DNA from: a virus
Lineage: Duplodnaviria; Caudoviricetes
IMG/VR virus record: IMGVR_UViG_2634166338_000002
DNA length: 64,000 bases
Strand: one strand, 5' to 3'
The notes beneath the pieces are model-generated. The model saw only the letters and a list, made by a program, of their open reading frames with translations, was not told the origin of the DNA and ran no database searches. The translations under genes were made by a program, and so were the position numbers. Shown here piece by piece: positions 9,478 to 19,282 of the stretch. Numbering within the stretch: the first letter of the stretch is position 1; each line of letters opens with the position of its first letter.

Positions 9478-9525
9478 TGTCCAGATGTTCCGGACAACGA
9501 TATCGAGTGGGTCGCTCATCCGCAA
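9478..9525 (-). promoter_or_regulatory. Leftward promoter (TTGCGG-N17-TATCGT) abutting a 19-bp operator
   Basis: TGTCCAGATGTTCCGGACA at 9478-9496 on the + strand. Confidence 0.7.
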
Positions 9526-9532
9526 CCCGCCC

Positions 9533-11470
9533 TCACGCTGCAAGCAGCACACCCGTCTCGATCAGCACCGGAACCCAAGGATCGACGTGCTCGGCCAGGT
9601 CATTGACCTCGTGGCCGGTGGCCGCCGCTTCGTCGACGGTCTGCTCCATGCCGGATCCGGCATCGCCGTCGGTGCTGGCCGTTCTCCATCCCGCGAGCGG
9701 AGCCTGCGGGTCGTCGTCCACGATCCGTGTGGTCACGGCGGCGAGGGCCTGCTGCCGGGCCCGTTCGCGCTTGCCCGGATGGCTGGCGTTCCACTGCTCC
9801 ACCAACGCCGCCTCGGTGCCGTCCGGCATCGCGTTCGCTTCCGGTCCCACCGGTGCTGCCGCCTCTTCGGTGACCGGCACGTCGCCAGGCTCCTCCTCCC
9901 AGGTGCCTGCCGGGTGAACGGCGAGCCAGACCGGCAGGCCGAACGTGCGCTCCTGCCCGCTGGTCAGCGTGATCGTCGCGAACTCGCCGCGCTCGCGCCG
10001 GTTTTGCACCTCCGATACCGCGGCGACCGGGCCGCAGAACCCGCGCATCAGCCGGGTGTTCGGGCCCCACTCGTACCAGCCGGCGACTAGGTCGCCCGGC
10101 GCGACGGCGGGGATGTCGTGGGTGAGACGCCCGGTCCGGGCAGCAGGGCGGCGTTCCGGCTCGCGGTCGGGCATCCGCCATTGTGCCTTCAACTGGATGG
10201 GGATGAAGGAGGCCTGCACGTCGCGCGGCAGTTCTCCGGCGGTCAGCCGGTCGTAGACGTCGACGAACGCGGCCTGGACCTGTCGTTCGGTCGCCAGATC
10301 GGGCACGTTGGCCAGGAAGGCGTCGACCTCCGCTGCCGTTGCCTGCAGGTCTAGGCCGAGCACAAGGCAGCGGGCCATCGCGATTCGGATCCGCTGGCGC
10401 ATCGCCTCGTCGCCGTAGTCGTGGCGGTCCAGTTCGCGCGCCAGTCCGGGCCAGCGGGCCACCTTGCGGGCCAAGTCGACCGGCCAGGGTTCACCGTTGG
10501 GGGTGTCCCACTGCATGCCGTCGCGGCGGCGGCCGGCCACCTTGTCCCACGGGATCGTGCGGGGCCAGCCGTCGCTCTTGACGCTGACCGATTTCGCGTT
10601 GACCCGGGTCACCTCGTACCAGTCTCGGAACCCCGCGTGGCGTACCCGGTCGCCGACGACGAAGTGCTCTCGGACCCACGCGACAAACGTGCCTGCGGTC
10701 GCGTGTTCGTCGAGCTGGCCACGCCAGTAGGTGATCTTCTCCGTCTCCTCGGCGATCCACCGACGAAGGTCCTCACGACGTGAGCCGGTGGCCGCGGGGT
10801 GCTTCTCCACCTGGACGATCTCGCCGCGCCCGTTAGTGAAGTTGCGCTCGTACCCGTCAAGCTCGCGTTGGTAGCGCCGGATATCGGCTTCCAGTTTCTC
10901 GATGCGGCGCATGATCGTGCGCGGGCTGTCCCGGTGCGTCTGGTTAGCGGCCGCGCCCGCTGCACGCTCGGCGAGGTGCTCGCCCTTCTTCCACTGCTGG
11001 ACGGCCTTGTCGCGGTGGTTCTGCACGCGGTCGAGGGCGTTGAGGTGCGCTTTGCGTGAGTGGTGGCCGGGCGGTTGGACGGGCTGCCCGAACGGGATCC
11101 CGTCGGTTATGCGGCGGCTGGCGTCGCGGCGAGCGTCGCCGGCGGCGTGGGCCTTCCCGGCTCGCTCGGTGAGCCGGTCGACGCGGTCGTCGGCTCGTTC
11201 TCGGCGCTCGGCTTCAACAACGGCGGTGGGCCGGGCGGTGTTGTCGATCTCGATGATGACCTCGTGGCTGGCGGCCCGTAGCGCATCGGCTGCCGCGTTG
11301 ATGTACCAGGTCTTGGCGTCGCGGTCGCGGCTGACATTGATGCAGATGCCACGGTTGCGGCGCCACTCGAAGCCGTGCTTGCGGACGATCTCGTAGACGC
11401 CGTCGCCCTTCTTCGAGCCGGTGAGCAGGGTGCCGTCTTCGTGGGTGTGGGTGATGGTGATGGTGGCCAT
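9533..11470 (-). CDS. DUF3560-domain protein
   Basis: ITITHTHEDGTLLTGS.KGDG and IPFGQPVQPPGHHS. Confidence 0.8.
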   Translation of the reverse strand: MATITITHTHEDGTLLTGSKKGDGVYEIVRKHGFEWRRNRGICINVSRDRDAKTWYINAAADALRAASHEVIIEIDNTARPTAVVEAERRERADDRVDRLTERAGKAHAAGDARRDASRRITDGIPFGQPVQPPGHHSRKAHLNALDRVQNHRDKAVQQWKKGEHLAERAAGAAANQTHRDSPRTIMRRIEKLEADIRRYQRELDGYERNFTNGRGEIVQVEKHPAATGSRREDLRRWIAEETEKITYWRGQLDEHATAGTFVAWVREHFVVGDRVRHAGFRDWYEVTRVNAKSVSVKSDGWPRTIPWDKVAGRRRDGMQWDTPNGEPWPVDLARKVARWPGLARELDRHDYGDEAMRQRIRIAMARCLVLGLDLQATAAEVDAFLANVPDLATERQVQAAFVDVYDRLTAGELPRDVQASFIPIQLKAQWRMPDREPERRPAARTGRLTHDIPAVAPGDLVAGWYEWGPNTRLMRGFCGPVAAVSEVQNRRERGEFATITLTSGQERTFGLPVWLAVHPAGTWEEEPGDVPVTEEAAAPVGPEANAMPDGTEAALVEQWNASHPGKRERARQQALAAVTTRIVDDDPQAPLAGWRTASTDGDAGSGMEQTVDEAAATGHEVNDLAEHVDPWVPVLIETGVLLAA

Positions 11471-11612
11471 GTGTCGGGTGCCTCCGAATGGCAGGGCTTG
11501 CGGGCCTCGTGCTGCGGGCCGAGCCGGAAGGTGGTCGAGGTCGGGAACGCGATCGCCCGCCGCGGTTGGGATCCGGGGCGGGCGATCGCGGTGGTACGGG
11601 AGCAGATGGGGG

Positions 11613-12272
11613 TCAGCGGCGGAGAAGGTCGCGGGCGGCCTCGATGTGCACGCGCAGCAGAGACGCGGCCTCGTCGCCCTCCAGCAGGTATTCGGTGCCG
11701 TCGGGGAGCCGTTCGCCGTCGTGGTGAAGCTCGGCGAGGCCTTGGGCGAGGGTGAGCAGGCCGGCGAAGGTCGGCTGGGCCTTCGGTTGGTCGAGCGCTT
11801 CGCTGATGTCGAGGACGATCAGGTTCAGATGGCGGTCGAGGTGCGGGTCGGAGGTGGTGTCGAGCGCGCCGTTGACGCCTTGGAACGCGGTGTAGGCGAG
11901 TTCGAGGTGGTCTTCGACCGCGGTGGCGGCATCGCCGCTCAGGCCGGTGGGCGGGTTGCCGATGTCGTCGCCGATGTGGGCGGCGCCGGGGTAGTTGCGG
12001 GCCAGGTCGTAGCGGAATTCCGGGTTGAACCACAGCAGGGTGCCGTAGGCGTCGAACAGCAACAGGAGGGTGATGTTGGGCTGGCCGTCGTAGCCGGTGT
12101 CCTTGGTGGCGACCAGGCGGGCGGCCTGGTCACCCATCGTCGCTCGCAGGATGCGGGCGGCGGCGGCGAGTTCCTGGGTACCGCAGTGGTGGGCGGCGAG
12201 GTCTGCGGCGCTGCGGGCGGCGGTCAGGTCGGCGGTGTAGGCGGGGTTCGGCTGGGGCAGGTCGAAGATCAC
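11613..12272 (-). CDS. Hypothetical protein
   Basis: GTG start with GGAAGG RBS; natural-looking translation in this frame. Confidence 0.6.
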   Translation of the reverse strand: MIFDLPQPNPAYTADLTAARSAADLAAHHCGTQELAAAARILRATMGDQAARLVATKDTGYDGQPNITLLLLFDAYGTLLWFNPEFRYDLARNYPGAAHIGDDIGNPPTGLSGDAATAVEDHLELAYTAFQGVNGALDTTSDPHLDRHLNLIVLDISEALDQPKAQPTFAGLLTLAQGLAELHHDGERLPDGTEYLLEGDEAASLLRVHIEAARDLLRR

Positions 12273-12415
12273 GAAGTGCCTTCCTCGAGGAGGGTTCCGC
12301 CGGGCAACGCACCCGGCGGTATGCATGTTCGTGCAGCTCAGGACGTTGGAACTCGGCCTGTCCTGGAGGTTCGGAGACCGTAGCGGCAAGGGGGTCAGAG
12401 CCCAAGCGGCCCAGG

Positions 12416-13840
12416 TCAGCAGAGCGACGGCAGCAGCTCGGCGAGTACGCCCGCCCACGGATCCGCGTCCTGCCCGGCGGATGCGGCCCGCGCCGCGAGC
12501 GCGGCCTGCCGTGCCGCCCACTCCCGGGCCGCCTGCGGGCAGTTGCGTTCCCACTTCACCAGCCCGTGCGGGCACAGCTCTTCCCGCCGACGGGCCTGGT
12601 CCGACCACCCCGACGAGTCGATCGAGGTGGCCAGATGCCCGACCGTTTCCAGCAGCCGCCCCTTGCCGCCGAACAGGTGCAGCCGGGTCAGCCCGGCCGC
12701 GTGCAGCAACCGCACGATCGCCGCGGCCTCCGCGCGCGGGCGGCCGAGCAACGCGCCGACCCCGACCAGCGGTTCGGCGTGCAGGTCGACGCCGGCCCGC
12801 CGGTACATGTCCAGGTGCCGCAGGTAACCGGCCGGGGTCGCGCCGGTGAGCACCGGCAGGATCGGCACGCCGGTGTCCGCCGCCCGCAGCTGGATGACCG
12901 ACACCGTCGTGCGGATCTGATGCTCGAACTCGGTCAGGCCCGTCGCTGTCAGCGTCCGAGGGCTGGCGGGCCAGTCCTGCGGCGCCGCCCAGACGAGCCG
13001 GCCGATCTCCGCCGCGTACCGGCGGATGTCGGCCGCGTACCTGGCCGCCGACACCGTCCAGGTCCGGTTCTTCTCCAGGTGCCGGTACGCGCCCGAGTCG
13101 AGCACCCACGCGGCCGTGGCCACCGGCGGCGTCTTCACCGTGCGCAGCCGGTCGTAGGAGATGAGGACCCGGTCGCCTTCCCACAGGGCGCTGACATCCC
13201 CGCCGATCCACACCAGCAGGCCCGGCCCGGCGGTGTCGGTGTCCGCGGCCGCAGCGCCCGGCAGGCGAACGAACGTGTTGACCCGCCGCTGCTCGAAGAT
13301 GCTGCCGCAGCCCTCGTAGACGTCCTGCACGTACACGTCGAGCGGCTTCAACGCCGCATCCAGCCGGGCCAGGTACGCCTTCGGCAGCAGCGCGTACACC
13401 TCCGCGCGCCAGCCGATGCCGAATGCAGTGGCCTGCGCGGCGATCGTGGCCGCGCTGACCGCGCCAGGAACGTCGATACGCTGCTCGTACGGCTCCAGCA
13501 ACTGGTCCGGGTGGACCAGGCCGTACCTGCCGGACAGGATCAGGACCCGCGCCGGACTGCCGGACTCGGCGGTGTCCGCGGCCGCGGCCCGCTCGGCGGC
13601 CACCAAGGTGTGGTGGAACATCTGCCCCAGGTAGAGGTCCCGGGCACGCGCCGGGCGATTCCGTTTCTGCGCCCCGCAGGGGACCACATAAGTGATCCCG
13701 CCGTAGACCGGGCTTATGGCGTCGGCCGCCGTGGCGGTGTCCTGTTCGAGCCCCGACACCTCGTGCCGACGACAGTGCACCGGGTACGTCCCGGCGGTCA
13801 CGGTGCGCAGCAGGTCCACCTCCGTCCGCGGCCCGCTCAC
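12416..13840 (-). CDS. DUF6884-like domain fused to a DpdA/TGT-like DNA base-exchange transglycosylase
   Basis: N-terminal VVPCGAQK...ARDLY...ILSGRYGL; C-terminal WVLDSGAY, APQDW, PVLTG, VGVG, LHLFG and SIDS; GTGA overlap with the mom-like gene. Confidence 0.72.
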   Translation of the reverse strand: MSGPRTEVDLLRTVTAGTYPVHCRRHEVSGLEQDTATAADAISPVYGGITYVVPCGAQKRNRPARARDLYLGQMFHHTLVAAERAAAADTAESGSPARVLILSGRYGLVHPDQLLEPYEQRIDVPGAVSAATIAAQATAFGIGWRAEVYALLPKAYLARLDAALKPLDVYVQDVYEGCGSIFEQRRVNTFVRLPGAAAADTDTAGPGLLVWIGGDVSALWEGDRVLISYDRLRTVKTPPVATAAWVLDSGAYRHLEKNRTWTVSAARYAADIRRYAAEIGRLVWAAPQDWPASPRTLTATGLTEFEHQIRTTVSVIQLRAADTGVPILPVLTGATPAGYLRHLDMYRRAGVDLHAEPLVGVGALLGRPRAEAAAIVRLLHAAGLTRLHLFGGKGRLLETVGHLATSIDSSGWSDQARRREELCPHGLVKWERNCPQAAREWAARQAALAARAASAGQDADPWAGVLAELLPSLC

Positions 13841-14757
13841 GCCGCGATCGCCGGCTGCGCGCCGATGGTGGCGACGGCGCGGATCGGCGGGAGCGGAGCC
13901 GGACCGGTGATTTCGAACTCGTCGGGCCGCTTGGGGAACGGTAGCGACGGCAGTGCCACCGGGTACGCGCGCCGGGCCCAGCGGGGTCCGATCGTCCAGC
14001 AGTAGCGGTGGTTGCCTGGGTGCCACACCTTGCGGGCGCCGATCGCCGCCAACGCCACCGGGAGCCACTCCCAGCCCGGCATCCCGGCCGGCTTCGGCGG
14101 TGCGCCCATGTCGACGAGCCGGGCGATCGCCCCGTTCGCCCCCTGCTCCCCGCCGATGATCTTCTGGCGGCTCCGGTCGGGGAACACCAGGCCGCCGGGC
14201 AGCACCGTCAGTTTCCGGGCGGTGCCGCGGCCGGTGTAGACCGCGCCGAGGGCCTGATAGACCGTGCCGACGTGGCCCGGCATCAGCGGCCGGTCACCGA
14301 TGCGGCGGCGCACCGGGTCGGAGAAGGCGACCACTCCGCGTACGCCCATGCGGCTGATGTCGCGAAAGACGCGGGCGACGAACCACGATTCGGCGTTCGC
14401 AGGGACCCGGTCCAAGATCACCAGACGCGAAAGCTCCACGCTCTGCTGGTAGGGCTCGAGCGCTGGGAACGGGTTGGTCAGCACCGCCGGGCTCATCGGT
14501 ACGCCGAGCACGCAGGTGCCGACCAGGTGAGCGCCGTCCTCGATCAGGCCGTAGGGCAGCTTCGCGGCCGGCCAGGCGCGGCTGTAGTGGTGGGCGAGGG
14601 TGAACTTCCGTGCGGTGTCGTGGGCCAGCGGCACCACCTGGTAGCGGTGCGGCTGGAACGTCTCGTCGTCGACGTGCCGCCAGCAGTCCTCGTGCTGGTC
14701 CCAGCGCTGGCACCAGCCGTTGAACAGGTCGAGTTCCTCGGAAGAGGTCAGGTGCAT
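13837..14757 (-). CDS. Mom-like (GNAT-fold) DNA adenine-modification protein
   Basis: HHYS, VELSRLVILDRVPANAESWF, VAFSDP and GHVGTVYQA. Confidence 0.82.
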   Translation of the reverse strand: MHLTSSEELDLFNGWCQRWDQHEDCWRHVDDETFQPHRYQVVPLAHDTARKFTLAHHYSRAWPAAKLPYGLIEDGAHLVGTCVLGVPMSPAVLTNPFPALEPYQQSVELSRLVILDRVPANAESWFVARVFRDISRMGVRGVVAFSDPVRRRIGDRPLMPGHVGTVYQALGAVYTGRGTARKLTVLPGGLVFPDRSRQKIIGGEQGANGAIARLVDMGAPPKPAGMPGWEWLPVALAAIGARKVWHPGNHRYCWTIGPRWARRAYPVALPSLPFPKRPDEFEITGPAPLPPIRAVATIGAQPAIAA

Positions 14758-14868
14758 CAGTTCGCCTCCACAGTCGGCGGCGCCGCGCAGCTGCTGCGCG
14801 GCGCCGCAGAACGCTGCTGGCCACCCCGGAAGCGAGGTGGCCAGCAGCAGGAACCAGGGATGGGTGAG

Positions 14869-15183
14869 TCAGGCGCAGGACTGCGGGTCACTGTCGTACT
14901 CGGCCTCGATCGCCGCGACGTAGGCTCGCGCGTCTCCGGTGACGGCGTACGCCCGGACGTTGTTGCCCTCGACCAGCCGTAGGTAGGTGCCGGTCGGCAC
15001 GGTTGAGGCAGGTGTGACCAGCGGTTCGGTCAGCTCGTAGAGGTATGCAGCGATCCGCCAGTCAGCCTCCCCGCCGACCGCGACCGGCTCGCCGTCGTCG
15101 CGCAGCACCTCGCACAGTTGGTCGGGCAGAGCAGTGCCCCAGGCCAGGGCGTGGCGGGCGGGGCTCGTGTCAGGACTGTTCAT
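14869..15183 (-). CDS. Hypothetical protein
   Basis: RBS GGAGA; co-oriented in the operon. Confidence 0.55.
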   Translation of the reverse strand: MNSPDTSPARHALAWGTALPDQLCEVLRDDGEPVAVGGEADWRIAAYLYELTEPLVTPASTVPTGTYLRLVEGNNVRAYAVTGDARAYVAAIEAEYDSDPQSCA

Positions 15184-15204
15184 CGCGATGGTCTCCGTTC
15201 GTGG

Positions 15205-16428
15205 TTAGGCCGCGAGCGCGAGCGGGAGGTGGCTGGTCCAGGGATCGCGGAACTGCGCGACGGGCGTGTCCTCGGCTTGCGCCCACACCGCCGGGAATGC
15301 GGGTCCGACCTTCGTCGGCACGCCGGCCGGCGCGGCGACCAGGAACGCCTCCCGGCTCGGGTAGGGCGGCCCAGCACGGTGGGTCCAGGCCCGGACGATC
15401 TGGTGTTCGCCTTCGGGCTGGCCACCCATGGCCAGCACCGTCGCGCGGGTGGAGTCGTAGGTGCCGACGCAAACCGGTTCCAGCGAGCGGGCTCCCTGGC
15501 CCTTCGCGTAGCTGTCCCGGTTCTCCAGCCCGGACGGCTTCGTCTTGTCGAGGCGGCGAGCCGGATAGGCGCGGCGCACGTCGTAGATCGCCCACGGCTG
15601 GGCGGCCAGGTCGGCGTCGACGTGTTCGACGAGGTCACGCAGCCCGGCGAGGATGGCGACCTGCCGGGCGGACCGCTTCTTGCCGAACAGCAGCGACCGG
15701 GGATTGATCGCCACCGCGGTGTACTCCAGCCGCAGCGCCTGCTCGGCCCGATCGGGTTCGTTCCGCCATCGCTGGCACAGCAGATCCAGCTCAGGACCAG
15801 CCTGGAACGGGCAGTACCCACAACATGATCTTGACCAGGTCACCCCGAACGCGTCCTGTAGGTACGCCAGGCACGACTGCCGGTCCCAGCCCCACTCGAT
15901 CAGCGGATACCACGGGTTCCGGGCCGCGCTGGTGTAGCTGGTGTCCTTGCTCGAGCGGCGGACTTCTTCGGCGGCGAACCCGACGACGTGCCGGTACGCG
16001 GCGCCGCCCAGCGCGTCGGCGATCCACCAGTCGAGGACCTGACCCTTCGCCCGGTAGCTGCAAAATCGCCGGTGCCGGACCTGCTGCGGCACCACCCCGG
16101 CCGCGGTCTGCTCGTCGCTGAGCCGCCACCGGGTGCCGTGCATGATCATCCGGCTGGTGCTGTGCGAGTCCGACAGCACCTCGTACCCGGCGGTCTCGGA
16201 CTGCCCCGCCCGGGCCAGCATCACGTAGCGCACCGCGTGCTGGGCCATCACCGGCAGCAGGTACTTCTCCATGAGCATCCGGGTGGCCGTGTACTCGTCA
16301 CCAGTCATCGCGGTCAGCACGGTCAGGTCGCTCAAGTCGAAATCCCGCGACCGTGGATCAAGCAACCATCGGAGCAGAAGCGCCGCCGAATCGACGCCCA
16401 TCCCCATCGACATGACCACCCGGCTCAC
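15205..16428 (-). CDS. PP-loop adenine-nucleotide alpha-hydrolase (PAPS-reductase/QueC-like)
   Basis: N-terminal SMGMGVDS, RFCSYRAK, YPLIEWGWDR and SCCGYCPF; GTGA overlap with the upstream gene. Confidence 0.75.
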   Translation of the reverse strand: MSRVVMSMGMGVDSAALLLRWLLDPRSRDFDLSDLTVLTAMTGDEYTATRMLMEKYLLPVMAQHAVRYVMLARAGQSETAGYEVLSDSHSTSRMIMHGTRWRLSDEQTAAGVVPQQVRHRRFCSYRAKGQVLDWWIADALGGAAYRHVVGFAAEEVRRSSKDTSYTSAARNPWYPLIEWGWDRQSCLAYLQDAFGVTWSRSCCGYCPFQAGPELDLLCQRWRNEPDRAEQALRLEYTAVAINPRSLLFGKKRSARQVAILAGLRDLVEHVDADLAAQPWAIYDVRRAYPARRLDKTKPSGLENRDSYAKGQGARSLEPVCVGTYDSTRATVLAMGGQPEGEHQIVRAWTHRAGPPYPSREAFLVAAPAGVPTKVGPAFPAVWAQAEDTPVAQFRDPWTSHLPLALAA

Positions 16429-17528
16429 CCGGCCACCACCAGCAGATCGCCGGGCAGCGTCGGCATGGCGGGCACTCCCCGGCCGGCGTAGCGGTCGGTG
16501 AACACCAGCCCGGCATCCACGTCGACGCCGACGACCCGGCACTCCCGGGCGTTGCTGGGGCCGCGCACCGTGTCGCCGGGCCGGATCACCCAGCCGCGCT
16601 GGTCGCGAAGCACACGTACCGGGACACCGGCCTCGGCCATCAGCGCGGCCATCGGCCGGTTCTGCTGGAACCGGTGGCCGGTGCGGGCCTCGACGGCGGC
16701 GTACCGCCGGGCCAGGCCGGGCCGCAGCCGGATCGCGGTGAGCAGATCCCGCTTCGACCCGAGCACACACATTGAGCAGGACAAACGTGACATTCCCGCG
16801 TCGTACGGCCACGCCCACGGCAGCCCGGATGCCCGGATCTCCGCCCACACCTGCTCGACGGTCCAGTGGTGCACCGGATACCAGTCGGTGACGTGGCGGC
16901 GGGTCTTGTTCGACGCCGCGGTGTTCACCGCGCACGGCGGCCGGTTCGCGCGACTCTTCGATTCCTCGGCGCGGTAACCGAACACCTGCAGAATCTGCGC
17001 CGGCCGGTCGAGCGCGAGTTCCCGGGTGACCTCGGTCAGCAGCTTTTGCCCCGGCTCTCGCTTGAAGCCTGAGGTGCACCAGCGGCGACGGGCGTCCGGG
17101 AACATGCCCCGCCGCTCGACCTCGTCGAGCAGGTCCCCGCCCGCCCGGGAACGAACCTCGAACCGCAGCCCGAAGTGCCGGGCGTGAGCCTCGGCGATCT
17201 CCCGGCAGCCAGGCCGGTCACCGAACCGGTCGACGAGCCACGGCTCGAAGCCCTCGGCGACCAGGTCCGCGTCGGCGTCGCGGGTGCCCGGCCACACCAT
17301 GTCGCCGAGGTCGTTGTACTGCACGACCACTCGGTGCAGCATGCCCGCGGCCGCCGCCCGGTCGGCGCCGACGATCAGGGCGGCCGGGCCGTCCTTCCCG
17401 CCCGAATGATTGAAGATCCACTTGTCCACGTTGGTCGGGTCCGGGTCAGTGGGGCGTGGTGCTCGGTGGCCACCGGCGGATGCCGGAGCGATCAGCGACT
17501 TCCACGGGTCAGAGTTGGCAGACGACAG
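16425..17528 (-). CDS. PAPS-reductase-family (DndC/CysH-like) protein; start uncertain
   Basis: HSGGKDG, RRWCTSGFKREP, GYRAEESKSR and SRLSCSMC. Confidence 0.8.
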   Translation of the reverse strand: MSSANSDPWKSLIAPASAGGHRAPRPTDPDPTNVDKWIFNHSGGKDGPAALIVGADRAAAAGMLHRVVVQYNDLGDMVWPGTRDADADLVAEGFEPWLVDRFGDRPGCREIAEAHARHFGLRFEVRSRAGGDLLDEVERRGMFPDARRRWCTSGFKREPGQKLLTEVTRELALDRPAQILQVFGYRAEESKSRANRPPCAVNTAASNKTRRHVTDWYPVHHWTVEQVWAEIRASGLPWAWPYDAGMSRLSCSMCVLGSKRDLLTAIRLRPGLARRYAAVEARTGHRFQQNRPMAALMAEAGVPVRVLRDQRGWVIRPGDTVRGPSNARECRVVGVDVDAGLVFTDRYAGRGVPAMPTLPGDLLVVAG

Positions 17529-17613
17529 GGTGAGTCCTTTCGAGGAGAGGTCGGAGCAGCCTGGGGTGCCGCGCCAGGCGAGCCGGAGCGTCCTGACGCG
17601 GCGCGGAAAGTAA

Positions 17614-18204
17614 TCAGGCAGCAGCGGGCGCCGGTGATGCGGCGATGGTGCGGTGAACGCGAGCAGCGGCTTGTGCGTCGCTGCGGGTGTTCTCGTAGGC
17701 CTTCCAGCCGCAGGTGCACAGGGCGATCGATTGGTCGGGAGTGATCCATCGCCCGCAGGAGCCGTTGCTCTTGGCCCTGTACCGCTCTTGCCGCGCGGGG
17801 TCGAGGACGGTGCGGGTGACGTGGGTGAAGGTGGCCGGGGCCGGGTGTGGCGTGAGCAGCGTCCACGGCGCTGGGTGCCCGCCCTTGCACCGAGGCTCGC
17901 AGTAGCAGGGCGTCGCATCGGTGATCCGGCCGCGCAGCCAGGTTCCGGCGCGGGTCATCAGCGCGGTGGTGACCTCGTAGTGGTCAGGGAACGTGACCGC
18001 CCAGACCTGCTGGAGCGGGGTGATCACACGGTTGACCTCGATGATCGGATCGCAGTTGAGACCGCGCTCGCGCATCCGTCCGAGAGCTGTCAGGGCGGCC
18101 TTTTTGGTGGGCCATCCGCCGGGTTTGACGGCTGGTCGGCCGACCGCGTGGGGGAAGGTGGTCAGTTGGAGCGTGTACCCGGTCGCGGCCCGGGCCAGCG
18201 GCAT
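17614..18204 (-). CDS. Hypothetical Cys-rich protein
   Basis: CYC..C, CGRW and CTCGW motifs; RBS GAGGAAGGA. Confidence 0.6.
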   Translation of the reverse strand: MPLARAATGYTLQLTTFPHAVGRPAVKPGGWPTKKAALTALGRMRERGLNCDPIIEVNRVITPLQQVWAVTFPDHYEVTTALMTRAGTWLRGRITDATPCYCEPRCKGGHPAPWTLLTPHPAPATFTHVTRTVLDPARQERYRAKSNGSCGRWITPDQSIALCTCGWKAYENTRSDAQAAARVHRTIAASPAPAAA

Positions 18205-18238
18205 GCTCAGATCCTTCCTCTGCAGGACCGGGGGCGAG

Positions 18239-19201
18239 TCAGAAGGTGACCGCGACGATTTCGTCGAGCAGGACGCGGGTGCCGTCGGCGAACTGCACGG
18301 CTTCGGTGTCGAGACTCGTGATCTGCCCGGCGAACTTGGTGACGTAGGCGCTGCCCGTGTCTCCGGCGTACACCGTGGCGTCGCTGATGACCCAGCGTTC
18401 TTCGATCACCCGGGACAGCGCCGCGTGCAGCACTTTCTGGAAATCGCCGGGCCACTCGGGTCGGCTGGAGACGAAGCTGATGGCGCCCGGGCTGCACCGC
18501 CGTATCTCCGCTTCCTCGGCCTTGGCGATGATCGTGGGCGGTGTGGCGTGGTCTGGCTCCGGGTGCTGCGGCACGGCCAGTGAGAAGTTGACCGTGAGCC
18601 ACTGGTGCATCGCGTTGGTTGCGGCGTCGCGTAGGGCCTGCTCGGTGACCGCGTCGTTGGCGCCGTTGTGCACCCGGGGGAACACGGTCTGGGTCACGTG
18701 GTCCCAGAACGCGTTGAGCGCGGAGTCGACCGCATCGCCGCCGGCGAGCGCGTGGTAGAGCTTCTCCCGCTGCGCTCGGCGGGCCACTACCTCGTGGTGC
18801 AGCGCTGCCGCCCGCTGGGCGATCTCCTCCTCGGTGTCGGTGTCGCGGACCCGGTAGACGGGCACGACATCGACGGTGTCCTGCACGATCTCCACCTCGC
18901 CCGCGACGGCGCCGCTGATGACTTCGCCGTTGAGGCGGCATCGCTGACCGGGCCCGACGAGCACCGTGTATCGAGGTGTGCCGTATTCGTCGGCAGTGAC
19001 GCCGACGAATACGGCTTCGATGCCGCTGCCGCTGTCGGCGGCGATCGCGTTGACGCCCATCATGCGGATCAGCCGGGCGACGGTGTCCAGGTTGAACACC
19101 TTCGCGGGCGCTAGCTGCATCACGCGGGCGAGGGCTTGTGTTCCCGGTGTGATTGCGGTGTCGCCGGTCGCATCCGTTGGGGCACCGTTGACTGCTTCCA
19201 T
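18239..19201 (-). CDS. Hypothetical multidomain protein
   Basis: RBS AAGGA; shares an AFW...FP...W..N module with ORF 25089-25973. Confidence 0.65.
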   Translation of the reverse strand: MEAVNGAPTDATGDTAITPGTQALARVMQLAPAKVFNLDTVARLIRMMGVNAIAADSGSGIEAVFVGVTADEYGTPRYTVLVGPGQRCRLNGEVISGAVAGEVEIVQDTVDVVPVYRVRDTDTEEEIAQRAAALHHEVVARRAQREKLYHALAGGDAVDSALNAFWDHVTQTVFPRVHNGANDAVTEQALRDAATNAMHQWLTVNFSLAVPQHPEPDHATPPTIIAKAEEAEIRRCSPGAISFVSSRPEWPGDFQKVLHAALSRVIEERWVISDATVYAGDTGSAYVTKFAGQITSLDTEAVQFADGTRVLLDEIVAVTF

Positions 19202-19282
19202 CGAGCGTGTCCTTTCGCGAGGTGGCGGCGGGAAGGTGTGGACCGGCCGGAGAAGGTGCGCGCCATCTCCTGCCGGGATCGG

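Noticed and set aside
15205-17528. A complete Dnd/Ssp phosphorothioation system or a sulfate-assimilation cysH locus
   Set aside because: No cysteine desulfurase, DndD/DndE, SspB/SspC or cysDN genes are in the window; only the PP-loop fold is supported
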